Shown: positions 1 to 10,931 of the stretch, piece after piece
Position numbering within the stretch: the stretch's first letter is position 1
How the letters are laid out: each line of letters starts with the position of its first letter
NCBI GenBank assembly: GCA_965214405.1
Contig: OZ243956.1
Coordinates: forward strand, 1,568,001-1,632,000
Length of the DNA: 64,000 nt
Origin: Trueperaceae bacterium
GTDB taxonomy: Bacteria; Deinococcota; Deinococci; Deinococcales; Trueperaceae
Direction of reading: 5' to 3'
The notes under the pieces: generated by a model
Seen by the model: only the letters and a program-made list of their open reading frames with translations
Database searches by the model: none
What the model was told of the DNA's origin: nothing
Translations under genes and position numbers: made by a program

Positions 1-185
1 CCGCTCAGCGTCGACATCACCTGCGCCCGCGCCGCCGCGCCGCCCGCGGGCATGTAGGTGTTCTGGTCCCACGACAGCAGGCTCACCGCGCCCCCGATGT
101 CCGCCATCTCCGCCAGCCGCGCCTTAAGCTCCTCCAACGCCGCGTTTGCTGTTTCCTTCGCTTTATCATCCGTCAATGTGTCCAT
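1..185 (-). CDS. Carboxypeptidase M32 (Taq-type), N-terminal part only; runs off the window
   Basis: Hand translation MDTLTDDKAKETANAALEELKARLAEMADIGGAVSLLSWDQNTYMPAGGAAARAQVMSTLS; LLxWDQxTYMPxGG..RA is typical of M32 N-termini; AGGAGG RBS upstream. Confidence 0.8.
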   Translation of the reverse strand, partial: MDTLTDDKAKETANAALEELKARLAEMADIGGAVSLLSWDQNTYMPAGGAAARAQVMSTLS

Positions 186-340
186 CACGCCCTCCTGACA
201 CGATAAAAAATGTTTGAACAAGTCGCGCAGTCACAAAAGCATACCGCGCAACCACGCGCCACATCGTTACCGAACGCGGGCGCAAGATTAAGAAACTTTA
301 TCAAAAAGGGCGGTCGCGCGTTTTTCCCCGCCTCAAGCTA

Positions 341-1260
341 GGGTCTGTCTGACAGAAGGGATGAAGATGGTTTAGGGTAGGCGTATGGCACGAACAGACC
401 TAAAAGAGCAGCAGTGGCAAGCACTAAAACCGCATCTACCCCCCAATCCCCAACGGGGTCACAACTACCGCAACCACCGACAGGTCATCAACGGCATTTC
501 GTGGCGCTTGAAAACAGGCGCTCCCTGGCGCGACGTTCCTGAACGCTACGGACCTTGGCAGACCTGCTGGGACCGCTTCACGAGGTGGGAGCGCAACGGT
601 GTCTGGAAGCGCATCCTGCACAGGCTTCAAGCTCACGCCGATGCGGCGGGTGAGATTGATTGGGACGGCGCAGCGTTAGACAGCTCTCATATTAAAGCGC
701 ACCGCAGCGCCAGCGGGGCGAGGAAGCGGCCTGCTGAGGGTGAAAAAAGGGGACCTTAGCAGACGAGTGGCTGGGACACTCACGCGGAGGCCACACCAGC
801 AAGGTGCATACCTGCGCGGACGGCAAAGTGCGACCCCTGTCCGTGGTCATCACGGCGGGACAGCGCAACGACGCCGCTTGGCTAGAGCCGGTCTTGGACG
901 AGATTTATGTGCCCCGCCTTGGCAGAGGGCGACCGCGTAAGCGCCCCCCTCAGCTTAGACTCGACCGCGCTTATGGTTTCAACAAGCAGCGGAAGATACT
1001 AAGGCGCAGGGGCATCATCTGTATCAGCCCCGAGCGCGAAGATGCCAAGAAGTCTCGCTTGTCTAAGGGCACAAAAGGTGGACGACCTCCTGCTTTCGAT
1101 AAGCAAGCCTACAAAGGACGTAACGTGGTCGAACGCTGCATCAACCGACTTAAAGACTTTCGCGCCGTTGCCACCCGCTACGACAAACGCGGCAGAAACT
1201 ACCGTGCTGGTGTGCTCCTCGCCTCCATCATCCTCTGGCTTTGATTAGTCAGACAGACCC
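341..1260 (+). mobile_element. IS5-family (IS427-like) insertion sequence, 920 bp
   Basis: Perfect 13-bp terminal IRs GGGTCTGTCTGAC (341-353) / GTCAGACAGACCC (1248-1260); TA duplicated in CTAG context; two overlapping transposase ORFs. Confidence 0.92.
385..1244 (+). CDS. IS5-family transposase, ORFA 385-759 + ORFB to 1244 joined by a probable -1 frameshift
   Basis: [51 protein letters not shown]; slippery AAAAAAG at 743-749 just before the ORFA stop. Confidence 0.88.
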
Positions 1261-1400
1261 TAGCGTTAACCTCTGGTGTGCTCGCTGCAAATTTTCCCTC
1301 GGCCCCTGGGTGTATCATTCCGATAAAGTGCCCAGGAGTTCCCCTTGTCGACAACGCTGCGTAAGATTTTAGAGCTTTTGTCGCCGCGAGCAGCTTAGGT

Positions 1401-1901
1401 ATGCCGCCACTCCGCTGGTTCACCAACGCCTCTTCACGAACGTTACAAGCTTTTTTTTCCTCGTTGGTGAAAACTGCGACCGACGACGCGTTTTCCCAAA
1501 ACATCTTGAGCCCTCAAGAGTACAAACTTTATAAAAAGATGGACGTGCGCGACCGCCACCACGCGCGCCTCGTTGCCGAGGCGGTGCAGGCGCGCGCGCC
1601 GGACGCCTCGGCGGCCCTTTTGAGGGCGGCGCTGCTGCACGACGTGGGCAAGAGCGGCGCACCCTACCGCGCGTGGGAGCGCGTTCTCGTCCACCTTTAC
1701 GCGCCCGACGTGCCCGCCGCCCCGCGCCTGACGGGAACAAAGGGCATGTGGCAGCGCCACCGCCACCACGCCCTTTACGGGGCCGAGATGATTCGGGGCG
1801 CGGGCGGGGACGAACGCGTCGCCGAGATTGTCGCGCGGCACCATCAGCCCGAGGGAGACCTCGAGGCCGCGCTCCTCAAAGAAGTGGACGAGATGTTCTA
1901 A
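1401..1901 (+). CDS. HD-domain phosphohydrolase
   Basis: RHH...ALLHDVGK...HALYGAEMI...RHH motifs. Confidence 0.75.
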   Translation: MPPLRWFTNASSRTLQAFFSSLVKTATDDAFSQNILSPQEYKLYKKMDVRDRHHARLVAEAVQARAPDASAALLRAALLHDVGKSGAPYRAWERVLVHLYAPDVPAAPRLTGTKGMWQRHRHHALYGAEMIRGAGGDERVAEIVARHHQPEGDLEAALLKEVDEMF

Positions 1902-1933
1902 TCTATAAACCAAGAAGCGTGCGAGACTGACGC

Positions 1934-3199
1934 ATGGACCTTCTCGAGTGGCTCTTCGCGCGGCAGCGTTTCGGCATGAAACCGGGCTTGGAAAGGGTAA
2001 GGGCGCTGCTCGAGCGTCTGGGCAATCCTCAAAAAAGTTTTCAAGGCGTGCTCGTGGGCGGCACCAACGGTAAAGGCAGCACCGCCGCCACGCTGGCGAG
2101 CATTCTCACCGCGTCGGGCGCGCGCACAGGACTCTTCATCAGCCCGCACTTGACAGAGTTTTCCGAACGTTTTGTGGTGGACGGGGAGCCGCTGGCGGAT
2201 GAAGCCATAACGGCTGCTTTGGAAGGTATAAAGCCTGTTGCCGAGGCGCTAGAGGCGACCTTTTTCGAGATCGTCACCGCGCTGGGCTGCGCGCTTTTTG
2301 CCAAGGCCGATGTGGACACCGCCATCATCGAGGTGGGACTCGGCGGGCGCTTCGACGCGACGAACGCGCTCGAGCCCTCCCTAAGCCTCATCACGGGCGT
2401 CTCGCGCGACCACACCAAGATTTTGGGCGAGACTATTGAGGAGATTGCGCGCGACAAGGCGGGCATCATGCGCGCCGGGAAACTCTGCTTAACGGGCGCG
2501 CAGGGGGACGCGCTTAGGGTTTTACGCGAGGAGGCGGCGCGGGTCGGCGCGACCCTGTGGGCGGTGGGTGAAGAAGTTGGGTTCGAGGCGAATCATCTTG
2601 GCTGGCGGGGGCTCGAGCTAAAGGTCGAAGGTCCTCACGGAACATCTGAGCTTCACACCCCCCTCCTCGGCGCGCACCAAGCGCGTAATGTCGCGCTGGC
2701 CGCCGCGGCAGCGGCAGCGTTGGGCGCGGAGGCTGACGCCATCGAGCGAGGCGTCCGGGCGACGCGCTGGCCGGGGCGGCTCGAGCCCATCTCTTACCAA
2801 AACCGAACCTTTTTACTCGACGGCGCGCACAACCCCGAAGCGGCGGCGGCTCTCACGCGGGCGGTGCGGGACTTGGGCGTCGAACGCGCGCTCCTCATCT
2901 TTGGCGTCGGGGCGGACAAGGAGGTGGGGGAGGTAATAGCGGGGCTCGAGCCCGTTACCCGAGAAGTTATCCTCACGCGCGCGCGCTTGAGTCCGAGAGC
3001 GGCGACGCCGGAAGACCTTCAAGCTTACTGGCACGTGCCGACGGTTCTTACTCAGGGTCCCGAAGAGGCGGTTGAGAGGGCGCTCGAGAAGACCAGGCCC
3101 GGTGAGGTTGTCTTAGTCGCGGGAAGTCTCTACCTTATTGGGGAGGTGAGGCCGCGGCTGTTGGGCGGGGGGCTCGAGCCGTGGACGCGTCTGCAGTAG
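1934..3199 (+). CDS. folC: Folylpolyglutamate synthase/dihydrofolate synthase
   Basis: GTNGKGST, EVGLGGRFDATN, WPGRLE, LDGAHN, GSLYLIG motifs. Confidence 0.95.
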   Translation: MDLLEWLFARQRFGMKPGLERVRALLERLGNPQKSFQGVLVGGTNGKGSTAATLASILTASGARTGLFISPHLTEFSERFVVDGEPLADEAITAALEGIKPVAEALEATFFEIVTALGCALFAKADVDTAIIEVGLGGRFDATNALEPSLSLITGVSRDHTKILGETIEEIARDKAGIMRAGKLCLTGAQGDALRVLREEAARVGATLWAVGEEVGFEANHLGWRGLELKVEGPHGTSELHTPLLGAHQARNVALAAAAAAALGAEADAIERGVRATRWPGRLEPISYQNRTFLLDGAHNPEAAAALTRAVRDLGVERALLIFGVGADKEVGEVIAGLEPVTREVILTRARLSPRAATPEDLQAYWHVPTVLTQGPEEAVERALEKTRPGEVVLVAGSLYLIGEVRPRLLGGGLEPWTRLQ

Positions 3200-3826
3200 C
3201 TAGGTCGTCTCACCTTGCACCCGCAGCGCCCGCAGGTGCTTGACCGCGCTTATCCCGCTGATGACGATGACGCCGATGGTGACGCTTACGAGGCGCAGCC
3301 TGGCGCTACCCTGCGCCACAAGGATGAAAGCCGCGAGGAACGGGTAGAGCGCGATGGCGTAAACAGGCGCTAGCGGCGTGCGGCGAAAAAGTAGCATGAA
3401 CGTAACGAGCAGCGCTAGACCGCCAAGACCCACGAGCGGATAAACGGGTAGAGCGACACCCAACGCCGTAGACAGCGCCTTGCCCCCCCGAAACCCCACA
3501 AAGGGCGACCACGCGTGACCCGCCACCGCGCCGCAGCCCGCCGCCACGCCAGCCGCCACACCAGCCGCCACACCCACGACCTCGCCGCCGAGAACGAGGC
3601 CCAACGCGCCCGCCGCGGCTCCCTTGGCAACATCCATAATCAGCACGAGCACTCCTAAGCCCCAGCCCAAGTGACGCGCCGTGTTCATCGCGCCCATGTT
3701 GCCCGAGCCGACCTCAAAGATGCGTTTTCCTTTGAGGCGAGCCGCCAAGGCCGCACTCGGCAGCCCACCGACGAGATAACCCACCAGCGCGGCGAGGAGA
3801 GGCGTTACCACCGTGGCTAAATTCAA
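3200..3826 (-). CDS. plsY: Glycerol-3-phosphate acyltransferase
   Basis: GSGNMGAMN, DVAKG, GH..SPF.GFRGGKA motifs; hydrophobic. Confidence 0.9.
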   Translation of the reverse strand: MNLATVVTPLLAALVGYLVGGLPSAALAARLKGKRIFEVGSGNMGAMNTARHLGWGLGVLVLIMDVAKGAAAGALGLVLGGEVVGVAAGVAAGVAAGCGAVAGHAWSPFVGFRGGKALSTALGVALPVYPLVGLGGLALLVTFMLLFRRTPLAPVYAIALYPFLAAFILVAQGSARLRLVSVTIGVIVISGISAVKHLRALRVQGETT

Positions 3827-3829
3827 TGG

Positions 3830-4558
3830 TTAACTCACTTCATAGAGACTGAGCTGCGCGAGCGAGCGCACGTCGCCCACGTGAAAGGCGATGTAGCGTG
3901 ACAGCAGCGCCCAGTGGCCGCGGCGCTCCGTCACGGGCTCTGCGAGGGCGTTTCGCACCGTGTCCAAAAGGATACTTTGGAGCTCCCCCAACAGCCCCGG
4001 CGAGAGCCGCATCCCTGTGACCCCGCACGCCTCACAGGTCATCCCGCCGCCCGCCACGTCAAAGGTGTGGGTCACCTCCGCCGCGCCGCAATGCACGCAG
4101 CGCTGCAGCCGCGGCGACAAGCCCGCCTGCTGCAACAGCTTCCAACTCAGCACCAGCGTGACCGCCTCCGGGTCGGCGTGCCCCGACAAGCCCCGCAAAC
4201 CCGCTGCGAGATAGCCGTGCATCATTTCGCCAGGATTCACGTCCGCGGTGAGTTTGTCGGTGAGTTCCGCCAGCACGTGCGCGTAAGGGTAGCGCTCGGG
4301 CGCGCTGAGTCTGGGCAGCGCGCCGTTGAGCTGCACCTGCGTGATGAGCGACAAATCCTCGTCGCCCTTGCGGTAGTGCTGCACGGTCACGTCGTGAAAA
4401 AGGCTCAACTTGCCCACGTTGCCGCCCAAAAGTTTGCCCTTACGCGCGACGCCCCGCCACTTGCCTTCTTCGCCCAAAAGCGTCACCACCACGTCGCCGC
4501 TCGGCAGGGCGGTGCGGCGGATAACGATGCCCTCGGTGACGCTGTAGCGCTTGCTCAC
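3830..4558 (-). CDS. recO: DNA repair protein RecO
   Basis: N-terminal OB-fold-like EGIVIRR..GDVVVTLL..GK; CxxC...CxxC zinc finger (CVHCG...CEAC). Confidence 0.9.
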   Translation of the reverse strand: MSKRYSVTEGIVIRRTALPSGDVVVTLLGEEGKWRGVARKGKLLGGNVGKLSLFHDVTVQHYRKGDEDLSLITQVQLNGALPRLSAPERYPYAHVLAELTDKLTADVNPGEMMHGYLAAGLRGLSGHADPEAVTLVLSWKLLQQAGLSPRLQRCVHCGAAEVTHTFDVAGGGMTCEACGVTGMRLSPGLLGELQSILLDTVRNALAEPVTERRGHWALLSRYIAFHVGDVRSLAQLSLYEVS

Positions 4559-4666
4559 AGATTATTTTACCGTGGCAGGGGGAGCTCGAGCGTCGTCAGA
4601 GAGCAGTTAAAGGAAAGCCTCCAGATTGAACACTCCAGAACCCAGAGGGCTGGGCTATGATAGGTC

Positions 4667-5290
4667 ATGACGCTGAACGTTGCCGATACGCTCGGAGGAA
4701 CAACGCCCCTCGAGCCTACCCCGCTCACGTTGCGCCTGCCACCGACGAGGGGGCTGAGCGACGAGGCGCTGCTCGAGCTTGCCGCTTACAACAGAGAGCT
4801 GCGTTTGGAGCGCACCGCTCGAGGAGACCTCATCATCATGCCGCCCGCCGGAGGAAATTCGGGACGACGAAATGCCAACCTCACCTTGCAACTTGCGCGC
4901 TGGCAGGAGCAAAACGGTACGGGAGAGGTTTTCGACTCCTCCACAGGGTTTAGGCTCCCCAACAGCGCCATCCGCTCCCCTGACACCTCTTGGATAAATG
5001 AGGCGCAGCTTGCGGCCCTTCCCGCGGAAGCGTGGGAAAAGTGTCTGCCCCTATGCCCAGCGTTCGTGATTGAACTCCGCTCCTCTACCGATAGCTTGCG
5101 CGTTTTGAAGAGAAAAATGCAGGAGTATAGAGAGAACGGTACCGAGCTGGGTTGGCTCATTGACCCGCAGACGAGACGCGTTACGGTGTATACGCCGAGC
5201 GAAACGCAAGACCTGGAAAATCCGGAAACGCTCTCGGGTGAGCCGGTGCTGGCAGGCTTTGTTCTGGATTTGCGCAGAGTTTGGAATTAA
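4667..5290 (+). CDS. Uma2 (DUF820) family endonuclease
   Basis: FDSSTGF.LPN..IRSPD, CPAFVIELRS, KMQEY..NG.LGWLIDP. Confidence 0.9.
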   Translation: MTLNVADTLGGTTPLEPTPLTLRLPPTRGLSDEALLELAAYNRELRLERTARGDLIIMPPAGGNSGRRNANLTLQLARWQEQNGTGEVFDSSTGFRLPNSAIRSPDTSWINEAQLAALPAEAWEKCLPLCPAFVIELRSSTDSLRVLKRKMQEYRENGTELGWLIDPQTRRVTVYTPSETQDLENPETLSGEPVLAGFVLDLRRVWN

Positions 5291-5371
5291 AACAAGCCAG
5301 ACAGCCAAAAGCCGCACCGTAAATCGTCGCTTTTTAAGGTTGCTTTACCCATCCGAAAAGCAGGAGCGCCG

Positions 5372-6697
5372 CTAGTCCGTTCCGACCGGACCCGCATTTG
5401 TACGCTCCCTCGCCCGCCGCAAATCCCGGCGGTGCGGGCGCAACCCGAGCGCCGCGCCGAGCCCCAACAGCCCGACGACGAGCAGCCCCGGCCTCGGCCC
5501 CAGATGCCCGACGAGCTGACTCACCAGGATCGCGCCAAAGGGCGTGAGGCCCGAAAAAACGAGCATGTAGACGCTCATGACGCGGCCCCGCAGCCTGTCG
5601 GGGACCATCAGTTGCACCGTGGCCTGCGCGTTGACCATCGTGAGAATCATGCCTAAGCCGCAGCCCACGAGCGCCAGCGCCGCCAGCCACAGCGTGGGGG
5701 CGAAAGTAAAGGCGATAAAGCAAACCGCCAGGAGCAGCACACCCCAGCGCATCAGCATGAGGCGGGCGTCGTCCCCGTAGAGCGAGTTGACGATAAAGGC
5801 GATGATCGCGCCCACGCCGAGGCTCGAGAGCAGCAGCCCCAAGCCCCCCACCGTCAGCCCTAACGCCTGCCGCGCGAATAGGGGCACGATCATCTGAAAG
5901 TTGACGATGGTTAGCGACAGCGAGCCCACCAGCAGCGTCGCCAGCCGCACCTCCGGGGTGCGGAAGGTGTAAAGGATGCCCTCGCGGATTTCGTCTACCA
6001 CCCGGTGCGGCTTGAGTTCCCTGACGGGCAACGGAATGGTCATGATTGCGACAATCACCGCGCCGTAAGAAAGCGCGTTGAGCGCGAAGGCGGGGCCGTA
6101 GCGCAGCAGCGGGCCGCCCGTCAGAACGTGACCAAACGCCGCAATCGTCGCCGCGGCGATGGCGGGACCCACGAGCCGCGCCGCGTTAAAGGCGAGCGAG
6201 TTGAGCGCGACCGCGTTACGCACGTCCTCTTTGGGCACAAGGTCGGGCACCAGGCTCTGCCGCGCGGGCATGTCAAAGGCGTTGGCCATCCCGTTCAAAA
6301 CCGCGATGACCAGCAGCAGCGGATAGGTGAGCGTGCCCGTTAAGGTAAGCACCGCCAGCGCGAGCGCGGATAAAGCCAGCGCGCCCTGAGAGGCGAGCAG
6401 GACGGAGCGCCTCGAGCGCGCGTCAATGACCACCCCCGCAAAAAGCCCCAGCACCAGCACGGGCGCGAACTGCACCGCGCTGATATACCCGAACTTGATG
6501 GCCGCCTCCGTTGGGTCCTTGATAAGGTCGAAGACCAGCCACGACTGCGCCGTGACCTGCATCCAGGAGCCGATAAGGGAAAAACCCTGCGAAAACCAGT
6601 AGCGGCGGTAGCTTGCGTGGCGGAGCGACTGAAAAGAGCGGGGAACGTGGCCTATCACCATAGACGCACCACCATACACCCTGAGGGCGGGCTGCAA
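5372..6697 (-). CDS. MFS transporter
   Basis: About 12 TM helices; SLIGSWMQ, AFDMPARQS, RGRVMS motifs; true start may be 6661. Confidence 0.9.
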   Translation of the reverse strand: MQPALRVYGGASMVIGHVPRSFQSLRHASYRRYWFSQGFSLIGSWMQVTAQSWLVFDLIKDPTEAAIKFGYISAVQFAPVLVLGLFAGVVIDARSRRSVLLASQGALALSALALAVLTLTGTLTYPLLLVIAVLNGMANAFDMPARQSLVPDLVPKEDVRNAVALNSLAFNAARLVGPAIAAATIAAFGHVLTGGPLLRYGPAFALNALSYGAVIVAIMTIPLPVRELKPHRVVDEIREGILYTFRTPEVRLATLLVGSLSLTIVNFQMIVPLFARQALGLTVGGLGLLLSSLGVGAIIAFIVNSLYGDDARLMLMRWGVLLLAVCFIAFTFAPTLWLAALALVGCGLGMILTMVNAQATVQLMVPDRLRGRVMSVYMLVFSGLTPFGAILVSQLVGHLGPRPGLLVVGLLGLGAALGLRPHRRDLRRARERTNAGPVGTD

Positions 6698-6777
6698 GAG
6701 CGGGAACTTACATAGTCGTTAAAAACATGAATGTTAACTCACAGCTAGCCAAACACAGTTCAACGAACGCAGCCAAT

Positions 6778-6803
6778 AAAAAAAGAGAGGCTTTCGCCTC
6801 CCT
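6778..6803 (-). terminator. Intrinsic terminator of the sdh operon
   Basis: GAGGC-TTTC-GCCTC hairpin preceded on + by an A-run (U-tract on - strand). Confidence 0.6.
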
Positions 6804-6827
6804 TCTGTTGAACTCGACTTGCCTACG

Positions 6828-7526
<699 letters not shown>

Positions 7527-7572
7527 GGTCCTCCAGGGGAGTCGGGGTGAATCCCGCTCCCCATCCTCCTGG

Positions 7573-9312
7573 CTAGTAAACCCTCGGCTTCGGCTCGTAC
7601 TTGCCTAAGGTTACAGGTTTGTAGTCGATGCGCACACCGTCGCCGTCTTTGTAGACGAGCGTGTGCTTGAGCCAGTCATCGTCATTGCGGTCTTTGTAGT
7701 CTTCGCGCGAGTGCGCGCCGCGCGACTCTTTGCGGTTTAGCGCGGCGTGGACGAGCTGCTCGGCGTTGTCTAAAAGAAAGCCCAGCTCAACGGTTTCCAT
7801 CAGTTCGGTGTTGTACTGTTCACCCTTATCCTCGACGCCAACCTCTTTATAGCGCTGTTTAAGTTCCTTGATTTTTTCAACCTGGCCGCAGAGCGTCTCT
7901 TCGGTGCGAAAGACCGACGCGTTCTCCATCATCGTGTTCTGCATCTCCTTGCGGATGTGCGACACGCGTTCCTTGGAAGAACCGTTGAGCGCGCGGTCGA
8001 GGAGGTTGCGCGAAAAGTCCTCCGCATCTTTGGGTAGGCGGTTGAAAGAAGCCTTTGACGCATACTCCGCCGCGCTGATGCCCGCGCGGCGACCGAAAAC
8101 GATGAGGTCTCCTAGCGAGTTCGTGCCCAGCCGGTTCGCGCCGTGCAGCGACACGCAGCCCACCTCGCCCGCGGCGTAGAGTCCCGGGATGATGGTGTTG
8201 TCGCCATCGATAATGACTTCGGTGTCGATCGTCGTCGGGATGCCGCCCATCGCGTAGTGCGCGGTCGGCTGAACGGGCACGGGCTCTTGGGTGGGGTCCA
8301 CGCCAAGGTAGATGCGCGCGAACTCGGTGATGTCGGGCAGGCGCGACTCGATAATGTGCGCGTCGATGTGGGTAAGGTCCAGGAGGATGTAGTCTTTGTC
8401 GTCACCCGCGCCGCGGCCTTCGCGCATTTCTAAGTACATGGCGCGAGAGACCATGTCCCGCGGTGCCAAGTCTTTAATCGTCGGCGCGTAACGCTCCATA
8501 AAGCGCTCGCCCTCGTCGTTGCGCAAAATCCCGCCCTCGCCGCGCGCGCCTTCGGTCAAAAGCACGCCGATTTTGTAGAGCCCGGTGGGGTGAAACTGGT
8601 AGAACTCGGGGTCCTCGATGGGCACGCCGCGGCGGTACACGACGCTCATCATGTCGCCGGTAAGGGCGTGCGCGTTTGACGTAACCTTGAACATCCGACC
8701 GTTGCCGCCCGAGGCGATAACGGTGGATTTGGCCTGGAAGGTATGAAGCTCACCTGTGGCGAGTTCGTACGCGACCACGCCGCGGCACTCGCCATCCCCT
8801 AACAGCACGTCCAACACGTGAAACTCGTTAAAAAACGTGACGTTATCCTTGATCGACTGCTGGTAGAGCGTCTGTAAAATCATGTGCCCGGTGCGGTCTG
8901 CGGCGTAACAGGCGCGCTCGACCGCCGACTTGCCGAACTCGCGGGTGTGACCGCCGAACTTGCGCTGGGCGATGCGGCCTTCGGGGGTACGCGAAAAGGG
9001 CAGGCCCATGTGCTCGAGCTCGTACACCGCCTCGATGACTTCATGCGCGAACGCCTCGGCGACGTTCTGATCGGTCAAATAATCCCCGCCCTTGACCGTG
9101 TCAAACGCGTGCCACTCGGGGTGGTCCTCAGTCACGTTGCCCAGGGCCGCCCCCACGCCGCCCTGCGCCGCGCCCGTATGCGAGCGCGTCGGGTAGAGTT
9201 TGCTGATAACCGCGACCGACACCCCCGGATGCTGCGCCGCGTAGCGCGCCGCCATCAGGCCTGCGCCGCCCGCCCCTACCACAATTACGTCATATTTGTG
9301 TGCTCTCATCAC
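7573..9312 (-). CDS. sdhA: Succinate dehydrogenase flavoprotein subunit
   Basis: [35 protein letters not shown]. Confidence 0.97.
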   Translation of the reverse strand: MMRAHKYDVIVVGAGGAGLMAARYAAQHPGVSVAVISKLYPTRSHTGAAQGGVGAALGNVTEDHPEWHAFDTVKGGDYLTDQNVAEAFAHEVIEAVYELEHMGLPFSRTPEGRIAQRKFGGHTREFGKSAVERACYAADRTGHMILQTLYQQSIKDNVTFFNEFHVLDVLLGDGECRGVVAYELATGELHTFQAKSTVIASGGNGRMFKVTSNAHALTGDMMSVVYRRGVPIEDPEFYQFHPTGLYKIGVLLTEGARGEGGILRNDEGERFMERYAPTIKDLAPRDMVSRAMYLEMREGRGAGDDKDYILLDLTHIDAHIIESRLPDITEFARIYLGVDPTQEPVPVQPTAHYAMGGIPTTIDTEVIIDGDNTIIPGLYAAGEVGCVSLHGANRLGTNSLGDLIVFGRRAGISAAEYASKASFNRLPKDAEDFSRNLLDRALNGSSKERVSHIRKEMQNTMMENASVFRTEETLCGQVEKIKELKQRYKEVGVEDKGEQYNTELMETVELGFLLDNAEQLVHAALNRKESRGAHSREDYKDRNDDDWLKHTLVYKDGDGVRIDYKPVTLGKYEPKPRVY

Positions 9313-9318
9313 GCCTCC

Positions 9319-9747
9319 TTAGTGCTCAACCGGGAGGGCGCGGATCGCGTCGCCCATTTCCGTATACGAGAAAGTCCAAAGCGTCATCACGCCGAGCACG
9401 AAGATAACCGCAGAGACGGAGTAGAGGATGACCTTGGCCCAGAAGCGGCGCGACGGCTGCCGGAAGTAATCCTCGACGCTGTAACGTAAACCGTTAATGC
9501 CGTGCAGTATAGAAAAGCCCAGAAGAAAAGAGTCATAGACCTTGACCCAAGGCTTAGAAAGACGTTGAGCCACATAGTTATAGTCAATCGTGCCCGCGTT
9601 GATGGCGATGTTATTGAAAAACACGTGCCCGAACACGAGAAATACAAGTATCAGACCCGACACCCGCATAAAGACCCACCAAGCAAGTTCGTTGTTCGTG
9701 CCGTAGGTCGCCCTCGCCTGACGTAAGGTTTTCGGTTTGACCGCCAT
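9319..9747 (-). CDS. sdhD: Succinate dehydrogenase hydrophobic anchor subunit
   Basis: W.FMRVSG, HGINGLR; 3 TM; operon position. Confidence 0.88.
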   Translation of the reverse strand: MAVKPKTLRQARATYGTNNELAWWVFMRVSGLILVFLVFGHVFFNNIAINAGTIDYNYVAQRLSKPWVKVYDSFLLGFSILHGINGLRYSVEDYFRQPSRRFWAKVILYSVSAVIFVLGVMTLWTFSYTEMGDAIRALPVEH

Positions 9748-10104
9748 TTAAGCCCCCCCAAAGATTTCGGGCAGAAGTTTCCAGAGAACGGGAATACCAA
9801 TCAGCGTCGTGGAGATCATCACACCGTACCAAAGAGGCCGCTGAATCTTAACGCCCCACTCGGTAAAATCCATGATGATAATGCGTAAACCGTTGAGCGC
9901 GTGGTAGACCACCCCAGCAATCACCAAGATGAGGCCGATGCGAAAGGGCCACTGGTGATAAAACGCCAGAAATCTGTTGAACACACTTGGTCCGTACATC
10001 ACCAAGCTGATGTCGAACACGTGGAGCAGCAAGTAGAGCGCGAGCGCCACGCCGGAAAGACGGTGTAAAATAAAGGCCCACTGGCCTTCCCTACCTCGGT
10101 ACAT
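9748..10104 (-). CDS. sdhC: Succinate dehydrogenase cytochrome b556 subunit
   Basis: MYRGREGQWAFILHRLSG, YHALNGLRI. Confidence 0.92.
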   Translation of the reverse strand: MYRGREGQWAFILHRLSGVALALYLLLHVFDISLVMYGPSVFNRFLAFYHQWPFRIGLILVIAGVVYHALNGLRIIIMDFTEWGVKIQRPLWYGVMISTTLIGIPVLWKLLPEIFGGA

Positions 10105-10345
10105 ACGAACCTCCAGAAACCCCTAAAAGTCTCTCCTATTTTATCATCACACAGCGCCCCACCTTGGTAAGCGACCTTGCGTTCGCGCCTCCCTTCACAA
10201 GCGTTCGTGGGGGGCTCGAGCCCTGTGAGAAAGCCCACACGCGTAGGATAAAAAACTGGCTCTTTTCACCCCCAATGAGCCCACATTTCAAATCGTTTTT
10301 AGAAACACGAAAAGAATCTGCCATGCTCTCCAGAAAGGGGAAACC

Positions 10346-10766
10346 ATGCAGACGCCAGACACAATGCTGGGCGTGACGATTGAAAACAGAGAAGACGTCC
10401 TCACCTTGACGCTGACGCCGGTCGTGGTCACGATGCAGGCGACGCGCGCTCAAAGGGAAGCTCGAGCAGGAGCGAGCGGGTGACGCCAGTATAGAACGCC
10501 CAGGCTTGGCCGGACGCTTCGCGCGCTTTGTTGTGGGCGGGGTGAAGCGGCTGCTCGAGCAGACCATCGCCTACGACTTGAGCGACACCGAGTCGGCCTC
10601 GTACGACGGCTAAAAGATCGTCTTTAGCTACCACAACAAGCATTTATTATCTTTTGAGGGAGTTCACGTGAAAAACGAGCCCGCGCTAGCCTCTTTTTCA
10701 GAAGAGGACGCACGTAAGTTTGTGGCGGCGGTGAACGAACAAAAGGGCTCGAGCGCGCAGAGCTGA
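10346..10766 (+). pseudogene. Degraded hypothetical protein gene (one frameshift near 10440, in-frame TAA at 10611)
   Basis: RBS+ATG 10346 MQTPDTMLGVTIENREDVLTLTLTPVVVTMQ, continuing in another frame as LKGKLEQER...YDG*KIVFSY...SFSEEDARKFVAAVNEQK to TGA 10764-10766. Confidence 0.6.
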
Positions 10767-10769
10767 CTA

Positions 10770-10924
10770 GGTTCTGTTAACTTTTCAGCTCACCTACTAC
10801 GAATTTTGCCGTTTGGCGTGGGAGTATTCAGAAGTCAGTCATCAGAGGCTTGTGAACTGTTCTCAGTTAGCACGTCTGCCACCAGATTGAGTGATCTTTC
10901 CGAAGGACAAATGTCAACACAATC
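10770..10924. mobile_element. Putative MITE / internally deleted IS5-type element, 155 bp
   Basis: Imperfect IRs GGTTCTGTTAACTTTT vs rc GATTGTGTTGACATTT (12/16); CTAG at both junctions (10767, 10924); lower GC interior; no ORF. Confidence 0.5.
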
Positions 10925-10931
10925 TAGACGA

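Noticed and set aside
3914..4660. Long antisense ORFs (e.g. 3914-4660, 6819-7550, 12948-13706, 54980-55651)
   Set aside because: They are shadow frames of well-supported genes in high-GC DNA and have no motifs.
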